A stretch of DNA of 64,000 nucleotides, taken from NCBI GenBank assembly GCA_951406725.2, contig OX597826.1, forward strand, positions 18,166,001 to 18,230,000. The letters are read 5' to 3'. Shown here one piece after another: positions 52,055 to 64,000 of this stretch. The position numbers were made by a program, and so were the translations under genes. The number at the start of each line of letters is the position of its first letter. Within the stretch, counting starts at the first letter, position 1. The notes below the pieces were generated by a model. The model was not told where the DNA came from. It was given only the letters and a program-made list of their open reading frames with translations, and ran no database searches. This DNA is from Octopus vulgaris. Its lineage: Eukaryota.

Positions 52055-52865
52055 ACATGAAATACCTAGCCAAAAATAAACCCCTGTACCTGGCTTTTGT
52101 TGACATGGAAAAAGCCTTCGACAGGGTCCCCCGATCCCTTATCTTGTGGTCAATGAGAAAACTAGGGATAGATGAATCTGCGAGCCATGTATAAGGACGC
52201 CGTCAGTAAGGTGAGGGCTGGCAACGAGAACACTGAAGAATTCCGGGTAGAGGTAGGGGTCCATCAAGGTTCAGTCCTCAGCCCCCTCCTATTTATCATA
52301 GTCCTTTAGGCAATAATGGAGGAATTCAAGACAGGATGCCCCTGAGAGCTCCTCTATGCTGATGACCTTGCTCTAATTGCTGAGTCACTATCAGAACTAG
52401 AGGAGAAGCTTCAGGTGTGGAAACAAGGATTAGAATCGAAGGGCCTTAGAGTCAACCTAACTAAAACCAAAGTCTTAATAAGTAGGAAGGCAGGCAAACC
52501 ACAAACCCCTTCAGGTAGATGGCCCTGCTCGATCTGTAGAAAAGGCGTAGGTAGAAACTCCATAAGATGTATCCAGTGTAAACTGTGGACACATAAGAGG
52601 TGCAGCAATATCAAAGGAAGGCTAACTAGGAAGAACTTGAACCAAATTCGATGACTGGCACCCGTGCCAGTGGAGCACTAACAGCTCCATCCAAGTGGGA
52701 TCACTGCCAGAGCAGCTGTCTGGCATGTAAAGAGCACCATTTGAGTGTGATCATTCTCAGCATCACCTCACTGGCACTTGTGCTGGTGGCACATGAACAA
52801 AACATTCGAGCTGGGTCGTTGCCAGTGCTGCTGGACTGACTCCTGCGCAGGTGGCACGTAAAAAA
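52055..52865 (+). mobile_element. RTE-clade LINE RT fragment plus 3' UTR piece
   Basis: LYLAFVDMEKAFDRVP, GVHQGSVLSPLLF, LLYADDL, RVNLTKTK; same family as 33280. Confidence 0.93.
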
Positions 52866-52984
52866 AGACAAAGACAGGTGCAGGAACAACACATCAAACA
52901 TACATACTTACTCATACACACCATTCTCACATACACACACACACACATGCTTGTGCACTTCCTCTTATTGGAATCACCATGAAT

Positions 52985-53250
52985 TATCTCTCCTTCATTC
53001 AACCTCTCTTTATTATTGTCTCCTTTTCATTCAACCTGTTTTTCCAATCATTCACCATGCTGGACCCCTGAACTCAACACCTTTCTTTTTATTTTCTCTA
53101 TATTTATTTCCTCTTATTCCTTTCTGTTGAAGAGTCTAAGTTTGAAACATAAAGGACTTTTCCATTTTTCCTGAGTGTCAAACTAATACACTTGCTTGTT
53201 GTCCCTACACCTGTCTTCCTTTGTTTTTCTATAAAGTTGAACTATACATT
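52985..53250 (+). mobile_element. Penelope pLTR-like repeat with decayed hammerhead motif
   Basis: cctttctgttgaagagtctaagtttgaaacataaagg; related copy starts at 63971. Confidence 0.5.
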
Positions 53251-53548
53251 ATGCGCTCATATGGTTACCCCAGTTTGATCCTGAATGAACTTCCCACTCT
53301 CTTGGACTTGCATATCTTAACCACTTGCAGACCTTTCAGAACCACTCCTCATTCATGTACTAGCACTCCACCCAGATTACCACTGGACCTTCATATTCTT
53401 TTGGACTCTACCTTCATGGATCTTACTGGGTTTTATCTTTGATGTATATCGTATTTATGATCAATTGAGATTTCTCTAAAACACTTCTTCATCACAACCC
53501 CACCCTACAACCTGATAACCACTCCACTCAAACTCATATTTTCATTCG

Positions 53549-53843
53549 TCACCCTTTTCAAGCCTAGCCAGGCTCATGGGCCCGGTTTCCCGGTTCTGTG
53601 TTCCCCCAGCTGGACGGAACACCAGTCCATTGCAGCGTTACTCAAGAAACAGGAAGAGAGAGTGAGAGAAAGTTGTGGTGAAAGAGTATAACAGGGGTTT
53701 CCACCACATCCTGTTGGAGCCTCGTGGAGCTTTTTTAGGTGTTTTCACTCAATAAACACACACAATGCCAGGTCTGGGAAACGAAACCACGATCCTTCGA
53801 CCATGAGTCCACTGCCCTAACCACTGGGCCATTGTGCCTCCAC
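53549..53843 (-). mobile_element. tRNA-derived SINE family C
   Basis: Minus-strand head gtggaggcacaatggcccagtggttaggg...ggtttcgtttccc (A/B boxes). Confidence 0.8.
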
Positions 53844-54000
53844 CTCAAACTCATATACCCAAGGAAAATGTTATCCCAATGGAGACTATATAAAGCCAAT
53901 GCATCACAGTCTGATAATGTATCGCAGTCCAACATTGGCTTAGATGGCTGAAACTTCGAAGTCACTGTCAACAATATTCTTGTTGAAGAATAATAAATGT

Positions 54001-54033
<33 letters not shown>

Positions 54034-54488
54034 CACACTCACTCATATATTTAGTGTCTGCCTGTCTAGATATGAGCAGCCATATATGTGCCTTGATACA
54101 GTAATGGCCAAGCTTTGTGGAGTATACCAGTAGTGCACATGGTTGCATGTGTTTGCCACTGTATATTGAAAGATGTTTATGTACATACATCTATATCATC
54201 ACTGGGCTATGTCTTTATATGTGGACTTGAATATATCACATTATTGTGATTAATATGTTTGCATACAATAAGTGCAGATGTATAGAGGCAGACATAAAAT
54301 AAACCTGTCTTGTGGCTATAATAGTTTAGGAATAATATAGCTGAATGGTTTTGTGTATGTGGGTATAAGTGTGTAATATGAGTGAATGTAAACATATTTG
54401 AAATGTATATGCATATATATGTTACCAGTAATATTGTAATAGTTATGTATATATGCAAGTTCTACATGTGTCCATGTATAAACATATA

Positions 54489-54527
<39 letters not shown>

Positions 54528-54954
54528 CATATAAACTTAATATATGTGTATACACAAGCATTCTGATGGATATGTGTCTTGATGGTTAGATGTATGTAAA
54601 GACAACATTTATAGGATGCTTATTTATGTACACATTATAAGGAGACTTTACAGTTAAATTCCTAATGTATTTACACACATACTTGAATATAGATATAAGT
54701 ACACACATGCTTAATGGGCAATGTAAAAAAAAAAAATCAATTGAGAACCAAAAATATAAACTGTTGTATATAACTGAGATTAGAAATTAATTATATGCAC
54801 AGGCATAAATGGATGGTTAAGGAGCCTGGCTGGTAGCTGCAGAGTTTTGAGTTTGATCCCACAGCCTGGCAACTTGCCTCAGATTCACTGACACCTGGTG
54901 ACTGAAACACGCACATATACACACGCACACATACGTGTGCATGCATGTGTGTGT

Positions 54955-55130
54955 GATCATCATCATTGTCATCGTCATCATTATCATTTACCGTCTGTTT
55001 TCCATGTTGGCATGGATTGCACAGTTTAACAGGATTTGCTGAGACATAAGGCTGCATTGGGTGCCATGTCAACTTTGGCAAGTCTTCTGCTGCTGGGTGC
55101 CCTTCATAACGCCAACCACTTTGAATTGTG
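54955..55130 (-). mobile_element. RTE LINE 3' tail fragment
   Basis: (CAT)n-tttaccgtctgttttccatg...aacgccaaccac. Confidence 0.7.
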
Positions 55131-55156
55131 GACAGGGTTTTTCTTCCTGTAATTGG

Positions 55157-55196
<40 letters not shown>

Positions 55197-55198
<2 letters not shown>

Positions 55199-56259
55199 CA
55201 GCCATGAGTTAGATAAACTTAGGAAGAATCTGATTGCTTTCTACCAAAGAATGGGCTTATGGATTATGATAGAAAGTAATCTTAAAATCATAGATTTTTT
55301 AGATATCAACTGAGATTTACAATGAGATAAATTTAAACCCAATCATAAGCCCAATGAAAAACTGTGTTATATTAGCAAAGAATCTAATCATCCACCTGTA
55401 ATTCTTAAGAACCTAGTTAGTAATGTAGGAAGGCATATATCATCAATTTCTTCAGATGAGACAGCATCTCAAAATACTGTGCCATATTACAATAATGCCT
55501 TAAGGAAAAGTGGATTCTCGGAGAAGATCCAGTATAGTCAAGTTCATTCTAGCAATAATAGGCCATGAAGAACTAGAACTAGGAACGTTTTGTGGTTTAA
55601 CCCCACATTCAATATGGCTGTAAAAAATAATATAGGTAGGGAATTCTTAAAATTAGTTTCTAAGCATTTTCAATCTAGCCATAAGTTCTATAGAATATTT
55701 AATAGGAGAATGCTAAAGGTTAGCTATTCTTGTTGCAAAAACTTCACCTCTTTTATTAGCCAGCATAACACAAAAATTACTACAGACAACTACAGTGCTG
55801 AATCTAATCTGAGGAATTGCAACTGCAAAGATGAGACTTGCTGTCAGTTGGAAGGTAAATGTCTTGAAAAAGGTATTATAGAGCCAAAGTGCAAGTAGAT
55901 TGCTTGCAAGAATATAAGACATATACAGGGGCTTCAGAGAATTCATTCAAGACTCAATTCTATTCCCACAGAATTTTTTCTGATACCCCAAGAACAGGAT
56001 AGCGACTAGTCTTGCAAAGCATGTCCAGGATTTGAAAGAGAATGACACCTGTCCTTTCAATGTAACCAGGAAAATTTTAGAAAAAGCATCAGCATAGAGA
56101 CGTGGAGCTTATAAAAGACCTATAAAACATAATCTTTGCCTCTCAGAGAAGTTCTTCATCTTGTTCCAGGATAAAAACGCTTTGAACCAGAGATGCAAAC
56201 TCTTAAATTCCTGCAGGCATGCCACAAAATTTAAAATGTCAAAATACCGTTATGGGTAA
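55197..56259 (+). pseudogene. Penelope-like element: RT C-terminus, Cys-rich linker and GIY-YIG endonuclease
   Basis: IIDFLDI, SNHPPVILKN, WFNPTFN, KVSYSC, CNC...C-x-LEGKCL, YIQG (YIG), LCLSEK, LNQR...SCRH; stops and frameshifts. Confidence 0.85.
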
Positions 56260-56795
56260 AAAGTTTTGACCTTTGAAATATATTTTTTGACGGTTGCATT
56301 CGAATTTGACTTTACACGATATAGTTATTTTGCATCGCAACGCTAATACATATTTTTAAGAAAGCCTTCAACTGTTTTATAAATTTAATTTTTAGCTTAA
56401 GCTTTGCCAAGGTTTGTTTTTATTTTTACTCATGTATTTAATTATGTTACATCAAATTAATGTACAATTTCTTTATTCTAAATTTTAATATTATACACAC
56501 AGAAGAGTTTTTAAAAAATTGTTTGCGTATATACGTTACAATGTAGATAAGTCTCTGTATATTTATGTGTATGTATGTATTGTAGGTATGTATATGTATG
56601 TATTTGCATGTATGTGTGTGTACATATACATATGCGTGTGTGTATATGTATATGTATATATGTATACATATATATATATATATATATATGCAAACATATA
56701 AATGTGTATGTATATGTGCATATACTTTTATATATGTGAGCATGTATTTGCATACATATATTTGTATTTTTGTATATTTGTTTGTGTATGCATAT

Positions 56796-57016
56796 TACTC
56801 TTTTACACTTTTACTTCTTTCAGTCATTTGACTGTGGCCATGCTGGAGTACTGCCTTTTAGTCAAGCACATCAACCCATGACTTATTCTTTGTCAGCTTA
56901 GTACTTATTGTATCGGTCTCTTTTGCTGAACCGCTATGTCACAGGGACGTAAACACACCACCATCGGTTGTCAAGCGATGTTGGGGAGACAAACACAGAC
57001 ACACAAACACACATAC

Positions 57017-57073
<57 letters not shown>

Positions 57074-57229
57074 GTTTCCGTCTACCAAATCCACTCACAA
57101 GCTTTGGTTGATTTGGTTGGCACCAGGCTATAGTAGAAGACACTTGCACAAGGTGCCACGCAGTGAGAATGAACCCGGAACCACGTGGTTGGTAAGCAAG
57201 CTACATACCACACAGCCACTCCTGTGCCT
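56796..57229 (-). mobile_element. SINE family A
   Basis: Reverse complement of the 3951 copy. Confidence 0.9.
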
Positions 57230-57421
57230 ATGTTTGTAAATTTGCATGTATATTTATACTTATGTAGATATATATGTAATTTTGTGTGAGCTTTTATGTG
57301 TTTGTTTCACAAGCCATATGAAGTATCCAAATGTTGAGTATCGAGATTTAATGACATGATAAACACACAGAGAGACAAACATCCTGTGTTTTATATATAT
57401 ATAGTTATACATATGTATATA

Positions 57422-57803
57422 GTGTGGTAAGTAGCTTGTTTACCAACCACATAGTTCCGGGTTCAGTCCCACTGCGTGGCACCTTGGGCACGTGTCTTCT
57501 TCTATAGCCTCGGGCCGACCAAAGCCTTGTGAATGGATTTAGTAGACGGAAACTGAAAGAAGCCCGTCATATATATGTATATATATATATGCGTGTGTGT
57601 GTTTGTATATCTGTGTTTGTCCCCCTAGCATTGCTTGACAACCGATGCTGGTGTGTTTATGTCCCTGTTACTTAGCGGTTCGGCAAAAGAGACCGATAGA
57701 ATAAGTACTGGGCTTAAAAAAGAAGTTGCTCGATTAAAGGCGGTGCTCCAGCATGGCCGCAGTCAAATGACTGAAACAAGTAAAAGAGTAAAGAGTAAAA
57801 GAG
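57422..57803 (+). mobile_element. SINE family A (5'-clipped)
   Basis: Colinear with the 3951 copy. Confidence 0.9.
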
Positions 57804-58169
57804 TATATATATATATGTATGTATATATAAATAGAAATATTAAAATTTCTAAGTTTCTCTAAAGGAGACTACAGTAGTGGTACTGGATATTAATAATTAT
57901 CGCCAAGCTAATATGGCAGTCCTGAAATAGAAGATGAATGCTGCTGTTGATTAGCTCCAAGAGGCCATCATCTCTAGCTAGCTATGTGACACATGAACCT
58001 GTGTCCATTATAACCTTCAAACAGGGGAGGTCAGCCGCTTCCCCTTGCTGGTCAGGCATCTGCAGTCTAGTTTCAGGGTATTTGCTCTTTATCAATGCAG
58101 AGCAGCCGAACCCAGCAGGCATTGCTGGGTTCGGCTGTTGGAGTTTACTGAGGATTACAAAAGTACAGC

Positions 58170-58855
58170 AGCTTGGAAAACTCACTCTGATAATTCTGAT
58201 ATGAAAAGAACTCCTGAAGTTGCTGGTGAGATTCAGGCCAGGATTGACAACGATCCTTCCAAGTCAATCAGGTCCATTGCCAGAGACATGGGAGTGTCTG
58301 AGTTTCTTATCAGGCAGGTAATGCATGAAGCATTCAGTATTCCTCATATGAGATGAGAAAGGGCCAAATTTTATCTAAAGCCATCAAGGACAAGATGAAA
58401 GACCGCGCTACGAAGCTTTTAGACATACTCAAGCATCCCCTCCAACCAAACATGCTTTGGTTTTTCTCAGACGCGAAAAAGTTTCTGCCAGGGTCAGATG
58501 GTGAATACACAGAAAAACTGTTGGCTTGCTGTGCCCCCAGAACATATATTGAGAGTGATAAAACTCAAACATCCAGTCAGCATCATGGTGTTTGGAGTAA
58601 TCACTAGTGATGGTGACATTATGCCTCCATTCATCTTCCCACAGAGACTCACACTCAACATAGAGGCCTACATCAAGTACCTGGAGGAGATAGTGTGCCC
58701 AGGGTCAAGCGGGTGGCTGCTGGAAGAGCCTATGTCTGGAAACAGGACTCTGCACCACGCCACAAAAGTAGGAGAACAGAGTCATGGCTGTCAGACAATT
58801 TCTGCAACCACATCACCCCTAACATCTGGCCACCTAATTCCACAGACTGCAGCCA

Positions 58856-58856
<1 letters not shown>
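58170..58856 (+). pseudogene. Tc1/mariner-superfamily (maT/DD37D-like) transposase remnant
   Basis: DPSKSIRSIARDMGVS, WFFSDAKKF, MVFGVITSDG, YVWKQDSAPRH, WPPNSTDC. Confidence 0.88.
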
Positions 58857-58887
<31 letters not shown>

Positions 58888-59110
58888 GCTAAAAAAAAAA
58901 TGCAGAAAAAGACAAAACAATTAAAAAATCAACAATGCAAGGACATGGTAGATGCAAAGTATTAAAAGACACTCAAGGAAAGAAAGACAGGGTGTTTTAC
59001 ATTTTGAGCAAGAGAAAAGTCCAAGAGAAAAGGAAGATGGAGGGAAAAAATCGCCAACAATCCACATGTAGTTACATCTTGAAATACTAAAAAGTAAATT
59101 TATTTATATC

Positions 59111-60330
59111 CAGGGGTTGAACAAAATAATGGAAACACCTAGCATCATAGCATCATAATTTTGAAATATCTATAAAACTGTCAAAAGCTTGTTTATTTTT
59201 TTGTCTTTTGATTTATTATTAGTATTGCTTAATATGCTTCACTAAAATTGCTGTTTCTTTTCAGATATCATCAGAAAAAGGTAATTAAAATTCATTAAAA
59301 TGACAGATCTATTGGACTTTCAAAGAGGTCAAATTGTTGCCATACAAGCAGGTGCTAGTGTAACGTAAACAACGGAAATGTTTGGTGTATCAAGAAGTAC
59401 TGTCTTGAAAGTAATGAGAGCCTTCGAGAAAGGGGGATAAACCTCCTCATTGAAACAAAACTCCGGAAGTAAACCAAAACTTTCAGATAGGGACTGTTGG
59501 AATCTTACACAAATTGTTAGAAAGGATCACAAAAGTACAGCTCCCAAAATTACTGCCGAGCTTAATGACCACTTCAAGAACCCAGTGTCCACAAAAACTT
59601 CAGTGGGAGCTGCACAAAGCCGGATTTCACAGGAAGGCTGCAATCAGAAAACCACCACTTTCAAAATCAAACATTGCAAAGTGTTTAGAGTGGAGTAAAA
59701 ACCTACAGAATTGGTCCCTAGAGCAGTGGAGAATGTTATTTATTCAGACAAGTCATTCTTTACCTAATTTCTGAACACCGGTCAAGTATACAACCAAAAG
59801 TATACAGTGTGGAGACAGCCAAAAGAAGCATTTAACCCAGACTGCCTTCTTTCAACTGTTAAACATGGAGGAGGATCTGTGATGATCAGGGAGGCTGTAT
59901 CTTGGAAATCTGCCAGTCGAATGGTTTCCCTTCTTAGCAGAATTAATGGTGAAGACTATTTAAGCATTTTATCTGATCAAATTCATTCTATGGTTGCACA
60001 ACTGTTTACAGAGGGAAACACAATCTTTCAGGTGATAATGCACCAATTCACACAGTTAAATTTGTTACTGAATGGCACGAGGCACATTCTAGTGAAATTG
60101 AACATCTTATCTGGCCACCACAGTCCCCAAATCTCGATATTATTAAACATTTATGGTGCATTTTAGAAAAACAAGTAAGGAGCCAATATCCTCCACCATC
60201 ATCACTACAAGAACTGGAGACTGTTTTAGCTGAAGAATGGACAAAGATTCCCTTGGAAAAAATTCAAACTTTGTATGAGTCCATACTTCATAGAATTCAA
60301 GCAGTAATTACTGCCAAGGGCAGTCCTACC

Positions 60331-60335
<5 letters not shown>
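59111..60335 (+). mobile_element. Decayed Tc1 (DD34E-type) transposon lacking the right TIR
   Basis: Left end caggggttgaacaaaataatggaaacac; SGSKPKLSDRD, TVKHGGGSVMI, DNAPIHT, WPPQSPNLDII. Confidence 0.9.
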
Positions 60336-60379
<44 letters not shown>

Positions 60380-60494
60380 TATATAATAAGGGTTTTTTGC
60401 AACAAGTTGCTTAAACCACATACCGAAAGTATTAGAAATAGCAGCCAAAAAGCTACTATTTCTTTTACTACAAAAAAAAAAATATATATATATA

Positions 60495-61440
60495 TACTGT
60501 TGTGTCTGGGGAGAGTCATTTCCTTTTTGTGCCTTATAATTTAACACATTCACTGGTAAAAATTTCCACTTATTTCTTATTTTTATTTTCCTAAAATTTT
60601 CGTTGCGTCTTGCAAACCTTTTCAGTAGTCTTGAATCTGTCTGTTATTTACACTGCGTTCCTTTTTGTTTGTTTGTGCACATGTGTGGGGGTCATTGTGT
60701 GTGCCTATGCATGCGTGCATGTACGTATGTATGTGTGTGTGTATGTATATATGTATGTATGTATGTATTATGTATGCTTGTGTGTGTATGTATATATGTT
60801 TGTGTATGCATATGTATATATGTATGTATGTGTGTACATCTGTATGTATGTATTCTGCATATTCCTGTGCTTGCATGTCCATGTCTGTGTATTTTCTATG
60901 TATGTGTGTGAGTTTGTGTTTGTATATGTATGCACCTCTGTCTCCTTGTGTGTGCATGTCTGTATGTGTGTGCACGCATGTGTGTGTGTGTTATGCAACT
61001 ATGTACCATGTTTGTATGTACAGATGTGCACCTCTATATGTGTGTACCCATGTCTCCATATGTGTCCTTGTGTGGAGTAAAGTGTGTGTGTGTATATATG
61101 ATCATGTGTTTCAGTCTTCATTTGCGTATGTGTGCTTGTCTGTTCATATAACCTATGTACCTATCCGTCTGTATGTTGATCTGTTTACTTTCATATCCAT
61201 ATGCTTACACACATGTGCACACACACACACACTCACACTCACACAAAAAACCCAACACACAGACAAATATGGGAGTATGTCCTTATAAATGAAACTTCCC
61301 CAATACTAAATAGGAAATATATATTGTAGATACCATACCACCATACCCACAGTTTACACAGGTAGAGTAGAATAGTTAGTGGGCTGTTATGTAGATAGAT
61401 GTATGAATGTGTGTGTGTGTGGGGGGTGAGTGTGTGTGTA
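60495..61440 (+). mobile_element. Foldback family FB1, one arm plus core
   Basis: About 60560-61230 is the reverse complement of about 49930-50546; 61250-61440 is a direct match to about 49733-49930. Confidence 0.8.
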
Positions 61441-61804
61441 TGCACATGTTAAAATGTGGTTTGCACATGTTATGCAGGAAATGTATGTCAAATGACTATA
61501 AACCACTTGGAATTTGCACTTCATTTGTACAAAGTTAAATACGAGGAAACTGGATAATAAAGATTTCTTTAGAGTCATTTGACATCTATTTCTGGCATAT
61601 AGGTGCTGTTCCTTCAGTTCCCCCTTATTTATAATTATATCTATATAAGTATATATTTATATATTGATTTTACCTCTATGGTTTTTATTATATGCTGGCC
61701 ACTGATAAAATCATTAATTTTTAATGATTTTATCCTTAATTATGTATGTCATCATCATCATCATTGTTTAACGTCTGTTTGCCATGCTAGCATGGGATGA
61801 TATA

Positions 61805-61858
<54 letters not shown>

Positions 61859-61871
61859 CATGTAAATAGAC

Positions 61872-61908
<37 letters not shown>

Positions 61909-61925
61909 TTAATATATACACGTAT

Positions 61926-62336
61926 CTCTTTTACTCTTTTACTTGTTTCAGTCATTTGACTGCGGACATGCTGGAGCATCGCCTTTGGTTGAACAATTCG
62001 ACCCCAGGACTTATTCTTTGTAAACCTAGTACTTATTCTATGGGTCTCTTTTTGCCAAACTGCTAAGTTACAGGGACATAAACACACCGGCATCGGTTGT
62101 CAAGCTATGTTGGGAAGACAAACACAGACACACATACATAAACACACACACACACACACACATACATATATACGACGGGCTCCTTTCAGTTTCCGTCTAC
62201 CAAATCCACTCACAAGGTTTTGGTCAGCCTGAGGCTATAGTAGAAGACACTTGCCCAAGGTGCCACGCAGTGGGACTGATCCTGGAACCATGTGGTTCAT
62301 AAGCAAGCTACTTACCACACAGGCACTCCTACGCCT
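61926..62336 (-). mobile_element. SINE family A
   Basis: Reverse complement of the 3951 copy. Confidence 0.9.
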
Positions 62337-62368
62337 ATGTATATATATATATATGTGTGTGTGTGTAC

Positions 62369-62426
<58 letters not shown>

Positions 62427-62753
62427 ATATATATATATTTATATACATGTATATATATATGTATATATATTCATATATATGTGTGTGTGTATATATATGT
62501 GTACATATAAATGTATATATAAATGTATATATATATGTATATATACACATGTGTATGTATATATATAAACATGTATACATATATATGTGTGTATATATAT
62601 ATATGTGTGTGTGTACGTATGTGTATATATAGAGAGATATATTTGTATATATATGTATATATGTCTATATATATATGTATATATGTATATATATCTATAT
62701 ATACATGTTTATATATGTATATAAACATGTATATATATATGTATATAAATATA

Positions 62754-62815
<62 letters not shown>

Positions 62816-62819
62816 TGTA

Positions 62820-63473
<654 letters not shown>

Positions 63474-63797
63474 CTATATATATGTATATATGTCTGTGTG
63501 TACATAAATTTCTTTTAGGTATCATTTACATTTGAATACATTGTGTATAATCGAGAGTAAAATGAAACAGGGGACTTACTTTTAAAAGTTTTTTCAATTA
63601 TAACATAAGTTTATAACTTTTACACGTGTTTTATTGGGGAATACTGGTACATCATTTGGTAATTTTTATGTGGACAATTGCATTACTTTGAAATGCCATA
63701 TATGTGTGTGTGTGTGTGTGTGTGCATTATATATATGCATGTACTTGTACAAATATGTATATGTAAATATAAATAATTATGGGTGTGTGTGTATATA

Positions 63798-63833
<36 letters not shown>

Positions 63834-64000
63834 TGTATGTATGTATGTATGTATGTATGTATATATGTATGTATGCGTGTGTGTTTATTCAGATAGTTAG
63901 ATATATGGCTTTGTATGTAGTATATGTATGTGTGAATGTGTGTGTTTGTGTGTGTGTGTATATATATATATTTCTGTAGAAGAGCGTAGGTTCGAAATGT

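Noticed and set aside
53770-53843. tRNA genes at the SINE heads (also 3951, 28222, 44955)
   Set aside because: A/B boxes are present but continue into multi-copy SINE bodies; no complete cloverleaf recognised
55197-56259. In-frame TGA codons as selenocysteine in the Penelope-like ORF
   Set aside because: The TGAs are not at Cys-motif positions and come with frameshifts and TAG stops, consistent with decay
46541-60335. Active or domesticated transposases
   Set aside because: Every mariner/Tc1 copy has multiple stops or frameshifts and damaged catalytic motifs

Overview
Eukaryotic, AT-rich, microsatellite-saturated DNA. Its repeat content (recurrent tRNA-derived SINEs, RTE LINEs with (GAT)n tails, R4/Dong, Penelope-like and Tc1/mariner relics) best fits a coleoid cephalopod, probably Octopus; this is an inference. 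Nearly all ORF-track entries are microsatellite or decayed-transposon artefacts. One host gene is visible on the minus strand, as four short phase-1/phase-1 exons: three calcium-binding EGF exons (32183-32308, 30361-30486, 26414-26536) and an ephrin-receptor-like (GCC2/GCC3) Cys-rich exon (2960-3115). There is also a candidate 8-nt microexon (2888-2895). Two of the four exons are missing from the ORF track, and the whole window is probably intragenic. The most unusual signals are: (i) about ten minimal type-I hammerhead-ribozyme-like motifs from several unrelated families, several inside foldback palindromes and mostly antisense to the gene; (ii) many long inverted repeats that could form intronic dsRNA; (iii) a PHD-type zinc finger inserted inside an RTE reverse transcriptase; (iv) stacked SINEs sharing one target-site duplication that occurs three times. 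All calls were made by eye. Repeat boundaries are approximate.
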